In this document: positions 9,946 through 19,576 of the stretch, in pieces
Position numbering within the stretch: position 1 is the stretch's first letter
Layout of the letters: each line of letters begins with the position of its first letter
Source of the DNA: Actinomycetota bacterium
GTDB lineage: Bacteria > Actinomycetota > Actinomycetes > Nanopelagicales > Nanopelagicaceae
Reading direction: 5' to 3'
DNA length: 64,000 nt
NCBI GenBank assembly: GCA_016870795.1
Contig: VGAJ01000003.1
Span: 13,236 to 77,235 of the forward strand
Notes under the pieces: generated by a model
What the model saw: the letters and a program-made list of their open reading frames with translations, nothing else
Databases searched by the model: none
Told to the model about the DNA's origin: nothing
Translations under genes and position numbers: made by a program

Positions 9946-11710
9946 TGGCAGTGAACTTTACTTAAGCTCAAGCTCTCCCACACTACAGGAGAGAGTCACC
10001 ATTAAGTTTCGAGCTGGCTCTAATTTCCCAATCGAGCAAGCAATATTAAGGCTTTATCACGATGGAGAACCACGTTTCTTTCCAATGAAGCGAAGCATTA
10101 TTAAGGGCGAGCAATGGTGGCAAGTTCAGGTAGAGATAAGGAATTTGAAAACCCCATATCGATTCTTGATAGTAAACGGGGATACCTACTCCTGGCTTAA
10201 TGCTCGTGGATTCCAGAGCCATGATGTAACTAGCGCAAATGACTTTCAATTGCTAGCAACCCGAGCTTTTCCAAAATGGATTCGAAGTGCTGTTTTCTAT
10301 CAAATCTTTCCAGATAGATTTGCAACAACAGGAAAGTATCAGCATTTAAAGCCTGAAAAATTTGTCTCAAGACCTTGGGATCAACTTCCTAAAGGACGAG
10401 ATAAGAGTACGGGAGTGGAGTTCTTTGGCGGTGATCTCGATGGAGTATCTCAACATCTGAAGTATTTGAAAGAATTAGGAATTAATGGAATTTATTTCAC
10501 ACCGATTTTCCCTGCTGGCTCAACTCATAGATATGACGCAAGTTCCTTCGATGAAGTCGATCCACTTCTTGGAGGTGATGCTGCGCTAATACGTCTTGCA
10601 AAGAAGGCAAACAGCGCAGGTATTTATTTAATGGGGGATTTAACCACTAATCATTGCGGCAGAGAGCACCGATGGCTGCAAGGATCTTTGAAATCAAAGA
10701 AGGCTAAGGAGAGAGAGTTTTTTTATTGGGATAAGTCAGTAAAGCATGGATATGAGGGGTGGTGGGGGCTTGCCTCTCTTCCCAAGTTAAATTACAACTC
10801 AAAGAAACTGCGTGAGTTGATGTATGAAGGAAAGAATTCAATAGTTAAGAAATGGCTTAAGAAACCTTACAACCTCTCTGGATGGCGAATAGATGTTGGC
10901 AATATGACTGGTCGCTACAAAGGAGAAGACATCAACGGCGAGGTTATTGCTGGCGTAAGAAAAGCGCTGCAGGAGAGCAATAGCCAAGCTTGGTTAGTTG
11001 CAGAAAATGCAGACCATTTCCCCAGTGATTTAGATGGATTTGGCTGGCATGGAACTATGAACTACAACGGCTTTATGCGTCCCATCTGGGGATGGCTAAA
11101 CCATAGAGCTGAAGTTGAGAAAGCTTTCTTTGGTGTCCCAGTATCAATTCCTCGTTTTACTGCTGGCGAGATGGTTTCGGCAATGAAAGAGTTTTCTTCA
11201 ACTATTCCGTGGAGAAATTTTGTCTCCTCAATGCTCTTACTAGATTCACATGACACTGCAAGATTTAGAAATGTTGTAGGAAGAGATACTAAGCGCCATA
11301 TTGCTGGCATGGGCCTGCTACTTACCTATCCTGGCGTTCCCTCAATTTATGCAGGCGATGAACTAGGAGTAGAAGGTCAGTGGGGAGAAGATGGGCGCAG
11401 AACGATCGATTGGAGTGGGCAGAGCTGGGATCATGAATTTCTAAGCGAAGTTAGTAAGCTGATTAAAATTAGACGTCACTCTCACGCCTTAGCTCAAGGA
11501 GGGCTGCGTTGGATATTGATTGAAGATGACCTCTTGGCCTTTGAAAGAGAATCTAAGCGAGAAAAACTTTTAGTAGTAGTGAGCCGATCTGCTCAGAAGT
11601 GCAAAATTGAAGGCATCGCCGAAGTGCAGAAGCGCCTATATGGCCCTGAACTAAAGGGGCAGATTTATAAATCTGACAGTGCATCCCTTGGCATTTATCG
11701 CCTCTTTTAA
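9905..11710 (+). CDS. cytoplasmic GH13 alpha-glucosidase / maltodextrin-hydrolysing enzyme
   Basis: ATG at 9905 is preceded by GGAGGG. The N-terminus is MSFEKSLSILPHHDGS. GH13 regions GDLTTNH, GWRIDVGNM, LVAEN and LLDSHD are present and there is no signal peptide. It overlaps the amylase 3' end by 41 nt. Confidence 0.85.
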   Translation: MSFEKSLSILPHHDGSELYLSSSSPTLQERVTIKFRAGSNFPIEQAILRLYHDGEPRFFPMKRSIIKGEQWWQVQVEIRNLKTPYRFLIVNGDTYSWLNARGFQSHDVTSANDFQLLATRAFPKWIRSAVFYQIFPDRFATTGKYQHLKPEKFVSRPWDQLPKGRDKSTGVEFFGGDLDGVSQHLKYLKELGINGIYFTPIFPAGSTHRYDASSFDEVDPLLGGDAALIRLAKKANSAGIYLMGDLTTNHCGREHRWLQGSLKSKKAKEREFFYWDKSVKHGYEGWWGLASLPKLNYNSKKLRELMYEGKNSIVKKWLKKPYNLSGWRIDVGNMTGRYKGEDINGEVIAGVRKALQESNSQAWLVAENADHFPSDLDGFGWHGTMNYNGFMRPIWGWLNHRAEVEKAFFGVPVSIPRFTAGEMVSAMKEFSSTIPWRNFVSSMLLLDSHDTARFRNVVGRDTKRHIAGMGLLLTYPGVPSIYAGDELGVEGQWGEDGRRTIDWSGQSWDHEFLSEVSKLIKIRRHSHALAQGGLRWILIEDDLLAFERESKREKLLVVVSRSAQKCKIEGIAEVQKRLYGPELKGQIYKSDSASLGIYRLF

Positions 11711-11756
11711 TCAAGATCGCAGCGCTAAATATCAAAAGTAGTGGTTGAATCACGCC

Positions 11757-13112
11757 ATGAGTAAGCGCTCTATTTTCTGGTTTCGAAGAGACTTAAGACT
11801 TGCAGATAATCCTGCGCTTCTAGCCTGTCTTGATGAAGCAGATGAAGTGGTACCACTATTTATTTTGGATAATGAAATCTCAGAGCGAGCTGGCGATCAT
11901 CGCAGGGCATTTCTTGCTAATTCACTAAGGGCTTTAAATGAGTCTCTAGGTGGCGCTCTCCATGTGATTAGTGGAAATCCGGTGGAAGTCCTTTCAAATT
12001 TGATGAAGCGATATGAAACAACGTCAATTCACTCAGCTTTTCCCTATGCTCCCTATGGGAATGCAAGAGATGAAGAGCTAAGAAGTGCAGGGATCAAACT
12101 AGAACATCTTGGATCTTCATACGCGGTTGCTCCAGGAAGAGTTTTAAAAGGCGATGGAACGCCTTATCGGGTTTATACCCCTTTTTATCGAGCATGGTTA
12201 GCTCATGGTTGGCGCGCTCCAGTTGCAGCACCTAAAAGTCCTAATTGGGTTACACCAAAGAAAAGTGATCAGAATATTCCAAATTGGAAAGCCCCTGAAG
12301 GAATTGTTTTACAAGAAGCGGGAGAAGCAGCTGCGCTTACAAGATTTAAAAAGTTTTTAAACGATTCCGCTGCAGATTATGGCGATAATCGAAATATTCC
12401 AGGCATTGAAGGAACAAGTAAATTAAGTCCACATCTTCGTTGGGGCGAGATTCATCCTAGAACTATTCTTGCCTCACTTGGACAATCTAAAGGCCATGAA
12501 GTTTATCGTAAAGAGATAGCTTGGCGAGAGTTTTATGCCGATGTACTTCACAATAACCCTCACACTAGCCGCGATTACTACGATCCCAAGTACAAAAAAA
12601 TGCGTTATGAAAAACCTGGGAAGGCATTTGAAGCCTGGGCTAGCGGAAAAACTGGGTATCCATTTGTTGATGCAGCCATGCGCCAATTAGTTAAAGAAGG
12701 ATGGATGCATAATCGAACTCGAATGGTAGTTGCCTCATTTTTGGTTAAAGACCTTCATATTGAGTGGCAACATGGCGCTAATTTCTTTATGAAATACCTA
12801 ATCGATAATGATGTGGCATCGAATTCACATGGCTGGCAGTGGACCGCGGGATGCGGCACTGATGCCTCGCCTTATTACCGCGTCTTTAATCCAATTGAGC
12901 AGGGAAGAAGATTTGATCCTGAAGGAGTTTATATTAAAAAATATATCCCAGAGCTCTCTGACTTGCAGGGCGATGATGTTCACGAACCTTGGGAGTCTAA
13001 AGATGGGTATAAGAATGGCTATCCAAAACGCATTGTTGATCATGCAGCAGAAAGGCTTGAGTCGCTTGCTCGCCTTGAAGAGATCAAGGCAGCCAAGCCA
13101 CTCAAGCCCTAA
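11757..13112 (+). CDS. phr: deoxyribodipyrimidine photolyase (class I CPD type)
   Basis: Motifs FWFRRDLRLADNPAL, WREFYADVL, GWMHNRTRMVVASFL and NSHGWQWTAGCGTDASPYYRVFNP. ATG at 11757; the track ORF starts at an upstream TTG at 11745. Confidence 0.9.
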   Translation: MSKRSIFWFRRDLRLADNPALLACLDEADEVVPLFILDNEISERAGDHRRAFLANSLRALNESLGGALHVISGNPVEVLSNLMKRYETTSIHSAFPYAPYGNARDEELRSAGIKLEHLGSSYAVAPGRVLKGDGTPYRVYTPFYRAWLAHGWRAPVAAPKSPNWVTPKKSDQNIPNWKAPEGIVLQEAGEAAALTRFKKFLNDSAADYGDNRNIPGIEGTSKLSPHLRWGEIHPRTILASLGQSKGHEVYRKEIAWREFYADVLHNNPHTSRDYYDPKYKKMRYEKPGKAFEAWASGKTGYPFVDAAMRQLVKEGWMHNRTRMVVASFLVKDLHIEWQHGANFFMKYLIDNDVASNSHGWQWTAGCGTDASPYYRVFNPIEQGRRFDPEGVYIKKYIPELSDLQGDDVHEPWESKDGYKNGYPKRIVDHAAERLESLARLEEIKAAKPLKP

Positions 13113-13115
13113 TTG

Positions 13116-14549
13116 CTAAACCAGGAAGTTAGAGAACTGCCAAGGATCGCTGCTATCAAATTTCTTGCCATTCCAGCCTTCAAATAAATCTTTTCGATTC
13201 ATCAAAGGATCCCAAGCGCTAGCCTCGGAGTGAATCCCGCCCCAGTACTTTTCGGCATAGCTAAGTACTTCGCGCCATGGAAGTTCATCCGGCACCAGTA
13301 ATCCTTTTTCAGGATTTTTCATCGCCCAAGCAACTGCTGCATAAACGGCAGAGGCAACTTGAACTGTTGTTGCTGATTGATCAGGAATCAACTTTCTTGA
13401 TTCATGGATGCTAAGTAGTGATCCAGTCCACCAAGCTTTATAGGGATGGCCCATTAGTAATACTCCAAGACGATCATCACCATCTGTGATCTCATCATTC
13501 ATAATTCTCTGATTTTTATGAAGATCCCAAGAGCGCATCTCAAGTTCTTTCATGGAAGCGATAGCTTCATTTGTGGGGCAGTAGGCATAGTGAACCGTTG
13601 GGCGATAGAGAGCCTTGGAGCCATCCCAGACAGTTAAGTGATCTGAGATTGTAAATGCCTCGCCATGGCGAATTACCATGCCATGTATTTCAAAGTTTGG
13701 CACCCAAGAGCGAACCCAGGTTGTTGCTCCAGGTTGAGCAATTGCAATTTGATTCTTTGGCCCGCTTTGATGCTCATAGGCATTTAGCGGAAGTGTTTTT
13801 TCGTGAGTCCCCCAACCAAGCTCTGCTGGAGCAATGCCTTCTTCATAAAAACCTTCAACTGACCAGGTATTAACAAATTCGCCCCATTGTTTAGGCTTAT
13901 TTGTTACCTGAGTATCACGTTCAGAGATATGAATTACTTTAACTCCAAGTAGGTGAGCTAGATCGTTATAACGCTCATCAGTTAGGGCGCTTTCTACCCC
14001 AGCTGCTACCTTTGATTCTTTAAGGGCAAGGGTTGCAATATCAACCATGGACTTCTTCACTAGATGCGAAACAAGTCCAGGATTTGCGCCATGTTCAACA
14101 ATGGCGGTTGCTCCAACTTTGTTCCACTTTGATTTCATCTCACGCATACGCATATGGCGGTAGTAGAGGGTCCGCTCTAGCGGATGCTTATTTGCTCCCC
14201 CCTCATAAGGATCCCACTCCTCAACTGAGGTGTTTAAATAGAGAACGCCATTGTCATGGCACCAATTAAGAATGGTATTGGCATCAATGTTCCACGCTAA
14301 ATCAAGGAGAAAGTCTCCAGCACTTAAATACTTTTTTAATTGGCTATCAAGATTATCTTTAGTTATTTGGTCTTGGATATAAGTAGCGCCTTTATCAAGT
14401 GCGCCTTTAACTCTTGAGCGATTATCTCGCTGGTCCATGATGGTGATTTGCTTTGCATCAACTAGATGCTCGATTAAAAGGGGTAATACTGATTGGGATA
14501 CTGATCCTGCTCCCAGGATTAAAACTTTATTTTTGAACTTCTCTGCCAA
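13116..14549 (-). CDS. hss: homospermidine synthase (saccharopine dehydrogenase superfamily)
   Basis: 477 aa with an N-terminal Rossmann motif VLILGAGSVSQSVLPLL. The length and overall pattern match my memory of bacterial homospermidine synthases. No search was done. Confidence 0.7.
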   Translation of the reverse strand: MAEKFKNKVLILGAGSVSQSVLPLLIEHLVDAKQITIMDQRDNRSRVKGALDKGATYIQDQITKDNLDSQLKKYLSAGDFLLDLAWNIDANTILNWCHDNGVLYLNTSVEEWDPYEGGANKHPLERTLYYRHMRMREMKSKWNKVGATAIVEHGANPGLVSHLVKKSMVDIATLALKESKVAAGVESALTDERYNDLAHLLGVKVIHISERDTQVTNKPKQWGEFVNTWSVEGFYEEGIAPAELGWGTHEKTLPLNAYEHQSGPKNQIAIAQPGATTWVRSWVPNFEIHGMVIRHGEAFTISDHLTVWDGSKALYRPTVHYAYCPTNEAIASMKELEMRSWDLHKNQRIMNDEITDGDDRLGVLLMGHPYKAWWTGSLLSIHESRKLIPDQSATTVQVASAVYAAVAWAMKNPEKGLLVPDELPWREVLSYAEKYWGGIHSEASAWDPLMNRKDLFEGWNGKKFDSSDPWQFSNFLV

Positions 14550-14644
14550 TTAGGGAACCTCCTTAGCTTGGGGCTTGTGAATCTCACCTCATGTGGTTAA
14601 GCCTTTTAGGGCTTATTGGTTGGATGTTTCTGACTTGGCAAAAT

Positions 14645-16060
14645 TTACAACCTAGAGCTAGATGTGCCTAATTGGTTATGCCAGGAGAGAATGCCAAGTT
14701 TTGATCGTTTTGCTTCATACATCGCTTCATCGGCTCTTCGAAGGAGCTGCTCGAGAGCACTTGAGCCTGGATCATTTTTTGCCTCACCAATTGAAACATC
14801 GAGGTGGATTTCATTTGAGTTAATGTGGAATGGATAGGTAAGAGTTGCCTTTAGAGCCCTTGCAACCTCAATGCCATCAACTCCTGGAATTAGAGCGCCA
14901 AACTCATCACCGCCGAGGCGAGCTAGCAGGCCATCTGAGGGCATAACTCTTTGAAAGCGGTTAGCAACTTGCTTAAGGAGTTGATCGCCAATTCCATGTC
15001 CTAGGCTGTCATTGACTGCTTTAAATCCGTCTAAATCAAGAATTAGTAGTGAGCCAGGCTCTTTAAGAAATTCTTGACCATTCACCATGAACTTGCGCCG
15101 ATTAGCAAGGCCAGTTAGCTCATCGGTTCGTGCCAGTATCTGCTCATTGCTCATGTTGCGAGCATCATTTATAGCAACGCCCATACGTAGAAATGAGAGT
15201 GCGATAGTTACAAAAGCGGGCAGGATCAAAAAGCGTGGAATGTATGAGGGCTGCAGAACTGCAATTGCAAGAAGGGCAGAGCTTCCAAGAAGAGCGATTG
15301 TGGCAACTGCTGAATTGAAACTTCTAGCCGCTAACTCTTCATTATTTGCAAACCAAAAAGCTTGGGAGAGAAGGATAAAGCTAATCAACCACCCAACATC
15401 AGTCAGGGATCCGAATTCATATTTGCCTAAATAGGATTGATAGAGAAAGTAGAAGTCAGATAGAAAAAATATTGTTGCCCCGATTAGCATAAGTCCATTT
15501 CTCCAGCTCATTGACTGCCTTAAAACCAAGAGAAGTACTAAAACCAAGATGACAATGTCTCCTACCGGATAAAGAATTGCGAGAAATACATCAAAGATAC
15601 TTCCATCAATAGTTGTCATTGCTGGCCGGACTAAAAGAGCTGTCAATATCGTGGTATATCCAATTGCAATAATTGAAGTATCTAGTAACTCTAGAGACTT
15701 GCTAATAGTCTTGAATCGGATGGCTCTAGTTAGACCAAAAATCGCTAGTGGGTAAAAAAGTGCATAGAAGCTTTGAGCTATCAAATCAAGATCTAGTGGA
15801 GTATTTATCTCAAAGAAAGAATCAAGTGATGAGGTTATTGACCCTGCGCTCCAAGAGATGATTGCACCGATGACTCCTGCTCTGCCCAGGGGATCATCGA
15901 GAATTGGTGAGAGAGCAATTGAGAGCGCCGCAAATAGAGCAACGAGATTAAATAGGACTAGGTCATATTCCCACCTGGCATCTGAATTGTTCCTGAGAAA
16001 TAGGTAGGCCATAAGAGTTGCGATGGCAGGGAGGCGGAAAAGGAGATAGATTTTCATCAT
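14645..16060 (-). CDS. membrane-anchored diguanylate cyclase (multi-TM N-terminal domain plus GGDEF)
   Basis: About 290 aa of 8-9 hydrophobic spans are followed by [13 protein letters not shown] and RLGGDEFG. No RxxD I-site sits 5 residues upstream of GGDEF, and there is no EAL/HD-GYP domain. Confidence 0.85.
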   Translation of the reverse strand: MMKIYLLFRLPAIATLMAYLFLRNNSDARWEYDLVLFNLVALFAALSIALSPILDDPLGRAGVIGAIISWSAGSITSSLDSFFEINTPLDLDLIAQSFYALFYPLAIFGLTRAIRFKTISKSLELLDTSIIAIGYTTILTALLVRPAMTTIDGSIFDVFLAILYPVGDIVILVLVLLLVLRQSMSWRNGLMLIGATIFFLSDFYFLYQSYLGKYEFGSLTDVGWLISFILLSQAFWFANNEELAARSFNSAVATIALLGSSALLAIAVLQPSYIPRFLILPAFVTIALSFLRMGVAINDARNMSNEQILARTDELTGLANRRKFMVNGQEFLKEPGSLLILDLDGFKAVNDSLGHGIGDQLLKQVANRFQRVMPSDGLLARLGGDEFGALIPGVDGIEVARALKATLTYPFHINSNEIHLDVSIGEAKNDPGSSALEQLLRRADEAMYEAKRSKLGILSWHNQLGTSSSRL

Positions 16061-16083
16061 CTAAAGGTATTAAAGGGGAGAGT

Positions 16084-16509
16084 ATGGATAGCGAAAAAAA
16101 TGTATCAAGACGGGCAGTACTTTGTGGCCTTGCTGTTCTTACGCTTGGTTTAATACCTGAAAATGCTATTGCTGCAAGTGGAGTAAAGGTGCTAGCAAAT
16201 GGAAAAGTTGAAGTGACTCTCTCTAAAAATCCAGCCTTAAAAAAAGTTGGTGGAGTAGTTCAGTTCACCAATAATCAAGGAATTAATATTGCGCTGGTAA
16301 GAACTGGTAAAGGAAGTAGTGCTTTTAAGGCTTTAAACCTAGCTTGTACCCATCAAGGCTACCCCTTGAGAAAAGACGGAAATAAATGGGTATGTGACAA
16401 TCACCTAGCAAACTTTTCAATCACTGGCGCTGTCACGAAGGGACCTGCAGAGAGTCCACTTCAGAATATTTCGCTTAAAGTAACGAAAACTAAAGTGATA
16501 GTTGGCTAA
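16084..16509 (+). CDS. small exported Rieske [2Fe-2S]-like protein with a twin-arginine signal
   Basis: ATG at 16084 is preceded by AAAGGGGAG. Tat motif SRRAVLCGLAVL. Cluster ligands CTH(13 aa)CDNH. 141 aa. Confidence 0.7.
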   Translation: MDSEKNVSRRAVLCGLAVLTLGLIPENAIAASGVKVLANGKVEVTLSKNPALKKVGGVVQFTNNQGINIALVRTGKGSSAFKALNLACTHQGYPLRKDGNKWVCDNHLANFSITGAVTKGPAESPLQNISLKVTKTKVIVG

Positions 16510-16517
16510 CTAAAACT

Positions 16518-17216
16518 TTATAGACCAGGCTTGCAGGCCTGCTTTCTATTTTGAAGGGTTGACTTAACCTCAGCCTTAGTGTTTTCAACTGTCTGAAGCA
16601 CATTTACCTTCTGCTTCTCTTTTTTCGCAACTTCACCTATCTTGTCACGAAGGCTGGCAGCTGATCTTTCAAAGTTCTTGGCAGCCAGTTCATAACTACG
16701 AGCAGCCTTAGTCCAAGTAGCAGCATTAGTTGTGTATTGCTTGCCAGCTGTTGTGGTTGCTCCAACTTTTGTCGCGTTGTCGGTATTAGCCTTGGCATCT
16801 AATAGCGCAGCTGCTTGCTTAGCCTTGGCATCAGTAGCTTTTTGATCAAAAGCTTTGGCTTCTGCTTCATCTGCAGGAGCTGCAGCTTTAAGGGCAGCAA
16901 TTTCAGTATCGAGCATTGTTGCTGCTTGAGCAGCGGTCTCAGTTATTGTTACTAGTCGAGCGCTTGACTCAAGATATAGTTTATTGGAGTCGATGCATCC
17001 AACCCAGACCCAAGTTAACTTTGCATTCTTTACTGTGGGATTCTTGGTACAGAGGTAATTATCTCCGCCGATTTTGGTCTTTGCATTAGCTTTTTTGCAT
17101 GCTGCTCCGGCTTTGTTTGCAGCCTCTGCTGGAATTACCGCAGTAGTTGCCATGAGCAGGGAGGTTGCAGCAAATAGGGTTGCGCCTCTTCCAAGTTGCT
17201 TTAGTGAGTTACGCAC
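16518..17216 (-). CDS. secreted protein of unknown function (Cys-containing N-domain plus Ala/Lys/Thr-rich helical region)
   Basis: GTG at 17216 is preceded by AAGGAG with a 7-nt spacer. The signal peptide ends AEA. It contains CKKANAKTKIGGDNYLCTKNPTVKNAKLTWVWVGC, then ~150 aa of Ala/Lys/Thr-rich sequence. Confidence 0.6.
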   Translation of the reverse strand: MRNSLKQLGRGATLFAATSLLMATTAVIPAEAANKAGAACKKANAKTKIGGDNYLCTKNPTVKNAKLTWVWVGCIDSNKLYLESSARLVTITETAAQAATMLDTEIAALKAAAPADEAEAKAFDQKATDAKAKQAAALLDAKANTDNATKVGATTTAGKQYTTNAATWTKAARSYELAAKNFERSAASLRDKIGEVAKKEKQKVNVLQTVENTKAEVKSTLQNRKQACKPGL

Positions 17217-17333
17217 AATGAGTCTCCTTGAAAGTTGAGTTACCAATATGGCGCTATCTTAAAGGGGGAACTCTGTTTTTTTGGTGAGGGAAATGCGTAA
17301 AGTTCTAGTGAATTTACTGAGAAGTTAGAAAAA

Positions 17334-18116
17334 TTACTTATTTCTCCCTCGGCGAGAGCCAAGGTTCATTCCGAGTTTTCTAACCCAAGATCTAGGGGCA
17401 TATCTAGCCAGCTTTGAAATCACTTGATACTGCCTTCCAGGAATGCAGATAGCTTTTCCAGCTTGGGCAGCCTTCCAAGCATCTTCAGCAACTCTTTCAG
17501 AGGTAAGCCAGAGCCAATTGGGCAATCCACTCATTTTCATGTTCCCTCTTTGGTGAAATTCTGTTCTGGTGTAACCAGGTGCAAGGGCAAGTACTTTTAC
17601 ATTGCTACTCGAGAGTTCAGTGTGAAGGGATTCACTTATAACCGTTAGGTAGGACTTAGCTGCGCTGTAGGTTCCACTAGCAATCCAGCCAGCAATACTT
17701 GAAACATTAATTATTACTCCGCTATTTCTAGCCTTCATAGTTGGCAATACAGCATGCATTAAACGCATTGGCGCAGTTACCAAAACATCAAGCAGGGCAA
17801 TCTCATCTGAAATCTCACTAACTAAAAAGCTTTTCTTTATTCCAAAGCCAGCGTTATTAATCAAAACTTCAATAGGCCTTGAAGAATTTTGCAAGCGTAG
17901 CTCAACTCGCCTTATATCTTCGTCACGGCTTAGATCAGCAACTAAGACTTCAACTTCAACACCAAAGCTCTCTCGCCACTTAGTAGCGTTTTGATTTAAT
18001 CGCTCTAAGTCACGGGCAACGATTACTAGATCATGGCCTTTCTTTGCTAGTAGCTCGGCAAAGGATGCGCCGATGCCTGCTGTGGCTCCAGTTATTAAAG
18101 CTATCGGTTTTGACAT
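17334..18116 (-). CDS. short-chain dehydrogenase/reductase (classical SDR)
   Basis: Motifs ITGATAGIG, NNAGFG and catalytic YSAAK. 260 aa. Its ATG overlaps the stop of the upstream gene (TAATG). Confidence 0.85.
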   Translation of the reverse strand: MSKPIALITGATAGIGASFAELLAKKGHDLVIVARDLERLNQNATKWRESFGVEVEVLVADLSRDEDIRRVELRLQNSSRPIEVLINNAGFGIKKSFLVSEISDEIALLDVLVTAPMRLMHAVLPTMKARNSGVIINVSSIAGWIASGTYSAAKSYLTVISESLHTELSSSNVKVLALAPGYTRTEFHQRGNMKMSGLPNWLWLTSERVAEDAWKAAQAGKAICIPGRQYQVISKLARYAPRSWVRKLGMNLGSRRGRNK

Positions 18117-19342
18117 TACTTTACGATATTACTGGCATCTTCTTCTCTGATATGCCAAGAGGTGCCATATTCCTCTAATAAATCAAGGAAAGGTTTGGCA
18201 TCAAACCATTCCGGGCCATTTACCCCTCTTGGCTTCCAAAGTCCCTTTTCAATTAATTCCATCGCAATGATTGGATTTACAGCTGTTTGCCAGACTACCG
18301 CTTGATCACCATATTCCTTCATAGACCACTGATTATCTATTACGTTATAGATGTAGATAGCTTTTGGATTTCCTGACTTGTCCAAACCTTTTACTAAAGT
18401 TCCAGCACAAGTCTTTCCTTTCATTCTTGATCCAAGAGTTGCTGGATCTGGAAGTGATGCTGCAAGAAGATCTCTTGGTGAAACTGATACTCCCTGAACA
18501 TCTACATTCTCTTTCTTATCCATTCCAAGCATATTGATAGTCTTTAGGATCTGGATGAACTCGGCTCCAAGACCATATTTAAAGTTAACTTTCTTGGCAT
18601 CAATCTTTTGAGGAATTAGAACTACCTCTTCGTGCTCAACGTTTACACATTCAACTGGCCCAATTCCTTCTGGGAAATCAAATACCTCTATCTCGCTAAA
18701 TGGCTCAGTTGTAAACCAACCGCGACCATCTTCCCAAACGAGCGGAGGATTTAAACACTCCTCAATAGTGGTCCAGATTGAAAAGGAGGGCGCAAAATCT
18801 GCCCCTTCAACTCTTAGGTTAGAGCCATCAAGAACTGTTATGGAATCTATTCGGGAGAAGAGTTCATCGTTGGCATATTTAGCAAAGATATCGCTCATTC
18901 CAGGCTCTACACCCATACCAACTAGAGCAAAGATTTTTCGCTCTTCCCAATTCCAATCTCGTGCAAACTGCTCATCTCCGAGCTTCACACCTGTTTCGCG
19001 ATGTGGGTAGTGAGGATGCGGCCTTGATAAAGACATTGCCATATCGATGTAATTAGTATTTTCGATTTCGCAGGCAAGAAAAATGGGCATTACAAATCTA
19101 GGATCAACAGCATTAATGACTACATCAGGATCGACTTTACGAATTAATTCGCGCAGGTCTTCTAGTTCAGCAGCATTCACCTGAGCTGCAGAAAAGCGTG
19201 GGTCCTTGACGCGATACACGGCATCTTCGGCGCGCGAGAGGGTGCGGTCTGCAATTACCATCGAGGTAATAAAGGGCCTTCGCACAGCGATATTTGCTAT
19301 CGCTCTTCCGACGCCACCGGCACCTATTACTAGGGCTTTCAT
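18116..19342 (-). CDS. saccharopine dehydrogenase family NAD(P)-binding protein, substrate unknown
   Basis: 408 aa, with N-terminal MKALVIGAGGVGRAIA. It is the size and shape of saccharopine dehydrogenase or carboxy(nor)spermidine dehydrogenase-like enzymes. Confidence 0.7.
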   Translation of the reverse strand: MKALVIGAGGVGRAIANIAVRRPFITSMVIADRTLSRAEDAVYRVKDPRFSAAQVNAAELEDLRELIRKVDPDVVINAVDPRFVMPIFLACEIENTNYIDMAMSLSRPHPHYPHRETGVKLGDEQFARDWNWEERKIFALVGMGVEPGMSDIFAKYANDELFSRIDSITVLDGSNLRVEGADFAPSFSIWTTIEECLNPPLVWEDGRGWFTTEPFSEIEVFDFPEGIGPVECVNVEHEEVVLIPQKIDAKKVNFKYGLGAEFIQILKTINMLGMDKKENVDVQGVSVSPRDLLAASLPDPATLGSRMKGKTCAGTLVKGLDKSGNPKAIYIYNVIDNQWSMKEYGDQAVVWQTAVNPIIAMELIEKGLWKPRGVNGPEWFDAKPFLDLLEEYGTSWHIREEDASNIVK

Positions 19343-19500
19343 GATTAGAAATCAACTCCAAACGAGATTGAGCGTTAGGCTATCTGAAAGCATTGAATTA
19401 AGCAATTTACCGCGTAAAAATATTGAATTATCATTAGATACTTCACATTTAATACGAAAGTAATTATCTGTGAATATAGTGTGAATTTAAATTCACTTAA

Positions 19501-19573
19501 GTCCTTGTAGCTCAGTGGATAGAGCAACCGCCTCCTAAGCGGTAGGTCGCCGGTTCAACTCCGGCCAAGGACA
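19501..19573 (+). tRNA. tRNA-Arg (anticodon CCT)
   Basis: The manual cloverleaf is acceptor GTCCTTG/CAAGGAC, D arm GCTC-AGTGGATA-GAGC, anticodon arm ACCGC-CTCCTAA-GCGGT and T arm GCCGG-TTCAACT-CCGGC, with discriminator A. 73 nt. Confidence 0.9.
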
Positions 19574-19576
19574 CAC

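Noticed and set aside
19343-19573. tRNA-Arg as the integration site of a genomic island or prophage.
   Set aside because: I found no integrase, excisionase or transposase, and no repeat of the tRNA 3' end by eye. The visual search was not exhaustive. Only the weaker 'flexible region' hypothesis is kept.
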